A stretch of 64,000 nucleotides of DNA, from positions 195,238-259,237 of the forward strand of contig CAWACZ010000012.1 of the NCBI GenBank assembly GCA_963780685.1. The letters run 5' to 3'. Shown here piece by piece: positions 58,793-64,000 of this stretch. Positions within the stretch are counted from its first letter, which is position 1; each line of letters starts with the position of its first letter. The translations under genes were made by a program, and so were the position numbers. Under the pieces are notes generated by a model that was given only the letters and a program-made list of their open reading frames with translations, was not told where the DNA came from and did not search any database. This stretch comes from an uncultured Acidobacteriota bacterium (lineage in GTDB: Bacteria; Acidobacteriota; Vicinamibacteria; Vicinamibacterales; CAVVIG01).

Positions 58793-60202
58793 ATGCGACG
58801 GCAGGCGCTGATGATCGGGTATGCGGTGGCCGCTTCGATCATCGTGCAAGGATCGGCACAGCGGACGACGACGCCTGCCGTTGCAACGCTCTATGAGGGC
58901 GCCAGACTCATCACGGGCGACGGGACAGCGCCCACCGAACGCTCGGCTTTCCTCGTCGAAAGCGGGCACTTCACTCGCGTCGGACGTCGCGGCGAACTAC
59001 AAGCCCCAGCGGACGCGGTCCGCATCGACCTGACAGGCAAGACCGTCATTCCAGCGCTTGTCGATGGCCACTCGCACATCGGTTACATGAACAACATGAC
59101 GAGCGGGGCCATGAACTACACCCGCGAGAACATCCTCGACCACATGCACCGCTTCGCGTACTTCGGCGTCGCGGCCAGCCAGGCCATGGGCACGGACTTC
59201 GGCGAGCTGCCGTTCCAACTGCGCGACGAAATCATGGCGGGGAAACATCCCGATGCTGCCCGCTTCCTGACAGCTGGCCGAGGCCTCTCGCCACTCGAGG
59301 AGATCAGCCCTGACAACATGCGACAGGCGGCATTTCCGATCACAACGGTCGCAGGCGCTCGCGCGTCGGTGCAGGAGCTGGTGCCTCGAAGGGTCAGGTT
59401 GATCAAAACGTGGGTCGACGACCGCGGTGGCGCCGTGAAAACGTTGACCCCCGATCTCTACACCGCCATCCTTGACGAAGCACACAAGAATGGCCTGCGC
59501 GTGGCCGTCCACGCAACCGACCCCAGAGTCGCGAAAGATCTGCTGCGCGCCGGCATCGACGTCTTCGCCCACATGATCAGTGAAGTGGACAACGAACTGG
59601 TGGCGCTGTTCAAGCAGCGTCCGAACGTCGCCGTGCTGTCGGCCCTCGGCGGGCCCCACCGCGCCGTCTACGCACCGTGGCTGGACCCGGTGCATCCGCT
59701 CATCCTCGAGACGGTGCGGCCGGAGCAGATCAAGCGGCTGCAGGGGCGGTTTCCGATCAGGAATCCCGAGCAGCTCGCGCGGTCGCAAGCCGCGTGGGAG
59801 CGGCTGGCCAGCGGCATCAAGCGGCTGAGCGACGCCGGAGTCAAGATCGGCGTCGGCACCGACGGCGGCGGTCAACAGGGCGACCAGTTCATCGGCTGGA
59901 CGATGCATGCGGAGCTGGAGAACTTGGTGATGGCGGGCATCAGCCCGGCCAAGGCGATCGTGGCAGCGACCAGCACGGCGGCCGAGATTCTCGGACAAGA
60001 CGATCTCGGCATGATTGCCGCGGGCAAGAGCGCAGACTTCGTGGTCCTCGACGCCAACCCGCTTGACGACATCAGAAGCACTCGCAGGATTTCTCAGGTG
60101 TTTTTGCGAGGGCGACAGGTCGATCGAGAGCGGCTGAAAAGAGGTTGGGCGACACCGGGCAGCCAGGGCCACGGCTTGAACCCCTCTTCAGTGGACCGCT
60201 GA
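58793..60202 (+). CDS. Secreted amidohydrolase family protein
   Basis: VIPALVDGHSHIGY, VAVHATD and GVGTDGG are metal-ligand motifs; 469 aa, intact. Confidence 0.8.
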   Translation: MRRQALMIGYAVAASIIVQGSAQRTTTPAVATLYEGARLITGDGTAPTERSAFLVESGHFTRVGRRGELQAPADAVRIDLTGKTVIPALVDGHSHIGYMNNMTSGAMNYTRENILDHMHRFAYFGVAASQAMGTDFGELPFQLRDEIMAGKHPDAARFLTAGRGLSPLEEISPDNMRQAAFPITTVAGARASVQELVPRRVRLIKTWVDDRGGAVKTLTPDLYTAILDEAHKNGLRVAVHATDPRVAKDLLRAGIDVFAHMISEVDNELVALFKQRPNVAVLSALGGPHRAVYAPWLDPVHPLILETVRPEQIKRLQGRFPIRNPEQLARSQAAWERLASGIKRLSDAGVKIGVGTDGGGQQGDQFIGWTMHAELENLVMAGISPAKAIVAATSTAAEILGQDDLGMIAAGKSADFVVLDANPLDDIRSTRRISQVFLRGRQVDRERLKRGWATPGSQGHGLNPSSVDR

Positions 60203-60425
60203 TACCGAGACGCCGAACGCCATCGCTATCGTTTGTCGATCGTGCCGTTGTAGACCTTGCGGGCGGAATCGTACGCGGCGTCACCAGGTTGGATGATGGC
60301 GCCGCGCACGCGGGATTGCAGCCGAACAAGTTTCGCTCGAGTTGGCGCTGGCCCGCTCTGGTAGCGCAGCCCTTCAGGGCTGCTTTCGGCGGGCGCTGGC
60401 CGGCCAACTCAAGTCGGCTCCTGGA

Positions 60426-60914
60426 TTAGCGCTTGGTCAACGGCTGTTGCGGCGCGTCGGCCGGGTTGACATAGAAGATGTCGAACGGGCCTTCCAGATT
60501 GATCTGGACCACCGTCGGCTCTGCGGTCCATGCGAAGTGATGCATCCTTGCCGGGAGCGAGACGAACCCGCCCGGCTCCAGGGTCTGCGAGGCTTGACGG
60601 TCCAGCTTGTCGCCCATTCCGACGTGAAGGGCCCCGGACAGCACTGTCACGCGCTCGGTCATGCTGTGCCAGTGCGGCGGAATGGCGTAATTCGCCGGGA
60701 ACTTCAGGCGCAGCGTCACCGCGCCCTTTTCCGACGGATTTCCCTCCAGGACACTGATCTGCGCCCCGGCGGGCAGATGGGGCGGAGCCGGCCCCCACTG
60801 CACCTTGTCCGCCGGCACCAAGACATGCGTGGACTGGGCGACCCCCGGTGCGATCGTGACGATGAGGCCCAAGGCAACTGACCCGAGACAGACGGCACGG
60901 CGTGTGATGCTCAT
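60426..60914 (-). CDS. Secreted cupin-domain protein
   Basis: Signal peptide MSITRRAVCLGSVALGLIVTIAPGVA; PPHWHSMTERVTVLSGALHVGMGD...GGFVSLPARMHHFAW. Confidence 0.75.
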   Translation of the reverse strand: MSITRRAVCLGSVALGLIVTIAPGVAQSTHVLVPADKVQWGPAPPHLPAGAQISVLEGNPSEKGAVTLRLKFPANYAIPPHWHSMTERVTVLSGALHVGMGDKLDRQASQTLEPGGFVSLPARMHHFAWTAEPTVVQINLEGPFDIFYVNPADAPQQPLTKR

Positions 60915-61030
60915 AAGCTTCCTCCTGAAGGGGACAGCCTATGAGGCCGAGCGTTCCCAAAGCGTTCGTGAGATCGTTCTGCCGTAACTGCAGTTTTTTA
61001 CTGGGGAGTCCGGGGACGCGTCACGAATGC

Positions 61031-64000
61031 TCAAATCGATCCTGCAAACGACGAAGCGAGAATTCGCCGCTCCAGGCTTCGGCTGTTCTGCGCGCGTGCC
61101 AGCTCGAGCCCCCGTCGCAGCATTCCTTCGCGATCCGGTGTCGACTCGAGCTCGCTCCTCTGGAGATACAGCGCGGGAAGCCACCACACGTCAGCCCGCT
61201 CGAGTGCCATGGTAATGGCGAGATCCAGAACGGAGGCCGTCCGATCCCGATTCCCGCCGAGGCTGTGCGTCTCGGCGAGCAACGACAGGTAGTACGGCCG
61301 GCGCGCCTGCGCGCGCTTTGCATCGAGCCGTTCGAGCGCCGACTCGATCGTCGCGATGCCGTCGGCGGGCCGTTCCTGTCCCTGCGCCCATCCAATAAGT
61401 ACCTGGGCCCAGTCGCCGTAATAGGCGAATCCGCACCGTTCGCACAGCGCCACAACCGATTCGGCGCAATCACGCACCCGGTCCACGTCGCGACGCATCT
61501 GATGAAGGAGACCGGCGTAGGCGAGCGCGAGCGTCTGGCTATATAGATGATCCAGTCGCCGAGCGAGCGCGACGCCCTCCTCGGCGTGCGCGAGGGCGGC
61601 GTCCTCGTCGCCGAGCAGCCACAGAGCGTGCGCGTACCAGGCGTGCGCGAACACACCAAGGTCCGATCCCAGGGCTGAGCGCTGCGGATGCCGCTCGTCA
61701 TACGCCGTCAGAGCCGCCTCGAAATGCTCGCGCGAGGCGTCGAGCTCGCCGACACTCGACAGGGTGCCGCCCATGGCGTGGTGCGCCTCGCAGCGGCACG
61801 ACGGATCCGCGCTGCTGCGCGCGAGCGCCTGCTCCGACACCTCGCGAGTGCCTTTCAAATCGCCGAGCATGTAGCGCATCGTGAACGCGACCCAGAGCCA
61901 ACGCACGGGCACGTCCCCGCGCCCGTCGGCGCGCGACAACGTGAACACGCGATTGAGATTCTCCTCGACCTCCGGCGCCGCATAGCCGCGCGCGGAATTC
62001 AGGGCCACCGAAAGGCTCGATCGCAGAGCCAGCTCCCGCTCGTCGCGATCCCGGCCCGCCGGGAGTCTCTCGAGCAGCGACAGCGCGTGCGTCAGACAAC
62101 GAATGGCTTCCTCGTTGGCCGACACGCGGGTCGCCACCGCGGCGGCACGCTCGAGAAATGGAACCGCGCGCGCCGGCTGACCGCCGCGATCGAGGTGCAC
62201 GGCGATCGAGGCGCTGACCTCGTCCAGACGATTGGCAAACAGCAATTCCATCCCTTGCGCGATTCGCCGGTGAATCAGGCGCCGGCGCGCGGGCCCGATT
62301 GCGCCGTACGCGACCTCGCGGATCCGGTCGTGGCTGAAATCCCACCGCTCTTCAGCCTGAACGCGGACGATATGACGCCGCCAGAGCTCGTCGAGCGCGC
62401 GGACGAGCGCGTCCTCCTCGAGGTCGCTGGCTTGCGCGAGAATGTCGAACCGGAAATCGCGCCCCAGCGCTGCCGCGACCTCGGCGGCCGCGCGCGCCTC
62501 GTCCGAGAGGAGCGCCAGTCGCGCGGCGACAACCGATTGGACTCGTGGCGGCGCGTTGTCAGCCGGGGCGGCCGGCTGCCTCGCCGGCTCCATGCGTCCG
62601 AGCTCCACGATGAACAGCGGATGACCTTCGGTCTCGCGAAAAGTGGTCGCCAGCGCCGCCTCGTCCAGCGGATGCTCGGCGACTGCTCCGGCCAATTCGG
62701 CAGTCGCCGACCGGTCGAGCGGGCCGAGTGTGATCGCGGTCATCAGGTCGTCTCGGTCGAGATGCACGAGCAGCCGTTCGAGTTGGGGATTGTCCTGCTC
62801 CTCTTCGGCGCGCACCGTGCCGACAACGAGGCAGCGGGGGTCGGCCGTCGACCTCAGGAAATACTGCAGCCATTCGATGGTGTCCGCGTCCACCCATTGC
62901 AGGTCGTCGACGACCAGGACGAGCGGCGCCGCCGAGCGGAATGTCTGCGCCAGCGCCTCGAAAAAGCGCACGCGCTGCCAGCTCTCGAGCTGGCGGTCGG
63001 GTTCCGGGACCTCGGGGCGTGCAGCAATCACCTCGGGACAAAGCCTGGCGACGTCCGTCAGCCAGGAGGCGTCGAGCCTCGTCAGCGTCGACTGCAGCGC
63101 CTCGCTCTTCAGCCAGGCAGCAATGGGTGCGTACGCCAGGCGTCCTTCGCCGGCATAACAACGGGCCGTCATCGCGCTGATGCTCTTGAGGCGGCACCAG
63201 TCGACCAGTTCTTCAGCGAGCCTGGTCTTGCCGATGCCTGCTTCACCGCGAATCAAGAAAAGCTGCGGCCTGCCGGTCGCGGCGTCGCGCCATGCGTCGA
63301 GCAGCGCGTGCCATTCGTCGTGGCGGCCGACGAGCGGATACACGGCCGTGCGCGGCAGTGCCGGGACGACAGGCGCCGCATCGTCGAGGTCGAGAATCTC
63401 TCTGTAGGTCATGCGCGTCGCCGCGCTTGGCTGGATTCCGAGTTCCTTCTTCAACAATGCGGCGCACTGCTGATAGAGGTGAAGTGCAGTGGGACGCTCG
63501 CCGCGGCGCGCGTGACACCGCATCAGCGCACACCAGGCCGGTTCGTCGAGCGCGTCGAGGCGCAGCAGCTGCTGCGCATGCTCGATCGCCTCCCCAAAGG
63601 CCCGATCTCGCTCCAGTACCTCGACAAGGCGCGTCAGGACTGCCCTTGCGCGCTGGCGGAGACGTTCCCGGTCGGCCTCAATCCATTCGCCCGTGCAGTC
63701 GGGCAGGAGATCGCCTTTGTACACATCGGCGGCTTGCTCGAGCGACGCACGATCTCCCTGGAGGCCGCGGTCGGCGGCGGCCTCGAAGGTAACCACATCC
63801 ACGGACGCGAGGGCCTCTCCGCACCACCTGAGTGTCCGCGAGCCTGCATCGACGAGGGCGTCGAGCTCGGGCCATCCTTCCCGCAGATGGTGCAGCTCGC
63901 GGCGGAGGTTGGTCAGCGCCTGTGGATTGCTCGATTCCGGCCAGAATGAACCTGCGATCTGCTGGCGTTGGATCGGAGCGCTGCGGGCATGGAGAACCAG
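61031..64000 (-). CDS. SARP/AfsR-like regulator: (winged-helix) + BTAD + AAA ATPase + TPR; the N-terminus runs off the window
   Basis: The BTAD domain is YKGDLLPDCTGEWIEADRERLRQRA...EPAWCALMRCHARRGERPTALHLYQQCAALLKKELGIQPSAATR. Walker A is RGEAGIGKTRL, followed by LVLVVDDLQWVD and a TPR-like C-terminus. My translation upstream of 63802 continues IQRQQIAGSFWPESSNPQALTNLRRELHHLR, the winged-helix part, so the ORF is open to 64000. Confidence 0.85.
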   Translation of the reverse strand: MVLHARSAPIQRQQIAGSFWPESSNPQALTNLRRELHHLREGWPELDALVDAGSRTLRWCGEALASVDVVTFEAAADRGLQGDRASLEQAADVYKGDLLPDCTGEWIEADRERLRQRARAVLTRLVEVLERDRAFGEAIEHAQQLLRLDALDEPAWCALMRCHARRGERPTALHLYQQCAALLKKELGIQPSAATRMTYREILDLDDAAPVVPALPRTAVYPLVGRHDEWHALLDAWRDAATGRPQLFLIRGEAGIGKTRLAEELVDWCRLKSISAMTARCYAGEGRLAYAPIAAWLKSEALQSTLTRLDASWLTDVARLCPEVIAARPEVPEPDRQLESWQRVRFFEALAQTFRSAAPLVLVVDDLQWVDADTIEWLQYFLRSTADPRCLVVGTVRAEEEQDNPQLERLLVHLDRDDLMTAITLGPLDRSATAELAGAVAEHPLDEAALATTFRETEGHPLFIVELGRMEPARQPAAPADNAPPRVQSVVAARLALLSDEARAAAEVAAALGRDFRFDILAQASDLEEDALVRALDELWRRHIVRVQAEERWDFSHDRIREVAYGAIGPARRRLIHRRIAQGMELLFANRLDEVSASIAVHLDRGGQPARAVPFLERAAAVATRVSANEEAIRCLTHALSLLERLPAGRDRDERELALRSSLSVALNSARGYAAPEVEENLNRVFTLSRADGRGDVPVRWLWVAFTMRYMLGDLKGTREVSEQALARSSADPSCRCEAHHAMGGTLSSVGELDASREHFEAALTAYDERHPQRSALGSDLGVFAHAWYAHALWLLGDEDAALAHAEEGVALARRLDHLYSQTLALAYAGLLHQMRRDVDRVRDCAESVVALCERCGFAYYGDWAQVLIGWAQGQERPADGIATIESALERLDAKRAQARRPYYLSLLAETHSLGGNRDRTASVLDLAITMALERADVWWLPALYLQRSELESTPDREGMLRRGLELARAQNSRSLERRILASSFAGSI

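Noticed and set aside
61688-63949. 753-aa plus-strand ORF
   Set aside because: It is antisense to the SARP-AAA-TPR gene, which has clear BTAD and Walker motifs. The ORF is an Arg-rich high-GC artefact.
1-64000. CRISPR arrays, tRNA/rRNA genes, transposases, integrases and prophage genes
   Set aside because: I found no regularly spaced direct repeats, no cloverleaf-like or rRNA-like segments, and no ORFs with transposase or integrase signatures. tRNA-Sec in particular was not seen, but a manual scan is not sensitive.

Overview
High-GC (about two-thirds G+C by eye) bacterial chromosomal segment. The gene content suggests Acidobacteriota (inference only): a PadR + ADOP/FtsX permease pair, CarboxypepD_reg-type TonB receptors, a DUF1592/DUF1552 pair, and Ser/Thr kinases fused to TPR, TolB-like or AAA domains. 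I saw no rRNA, tRNA, CRISPR array, transposase or integrase.

Main blocks:
- 1-6.3 kb: PadR/ADOP permease, hicAB, MarR, TonB-dependent receptor.
- 6.3-12.9 kb: minus-strand nitrate-type operon. It encodes an MFS NarK-like transporter fused to a NarI/DsrM-like cytochrome-b domain, a cytoplasmic molybdopterin oxidoreductase, a 4Fe-4S protein, a membrane-anchored Rieske protein, a small membrane protein and a cupin.
- 13-25.5 kb: DinB, kinase, ArsR/SRPBCC, DUF4159, and heavily frame-disrupted Vps62-like, DUF1592, DUF1552 and ankyrin genes.
- 25.8-34.8 kb: secreted hydrolases.
- 35-38.3 kb: kinase-AAA-TPR protein.
- 38.4-54.4 kb: redox/metalloid/metal island. It holds a Prx-like protein, an ArsR-rhodanese, DUF4395, an ArsM-like methyltransferase, an exported truncated globin, an MBL protein, an MFS transporter, a peroxiredoxin, a kinase, an HMA lipoprotein and a czcCBA-type RND efflux system.
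- 54.4-64 kb: miscellaneous enzymes and a SARP-AAA-TPR regulator.

Most interesting observation: three genes within 7 kb (ArsM-like methyltransferase, Bcp/Prx-type peroxiredoxin, HMA-domain lipoprotein) each carry one in-frame TGA exactly where homologues have a catalytic or metal-binding Cys. The reading frame continues with family-typical sequence after each TGA. Each TGA is followed 16-23 nt later by the apical loop of a stable stem-loop, as expected for bacterial SECIS elements. This looks like a candidate selenoprotein island. The HMA gene and the methyltransferase C-terminus are invisible in the ORF track.

Second theme: more than 40 frame disruptions and several truncated gene remnants, distributed very unevenly. 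This means either indel-type assembly error or real gene decay.
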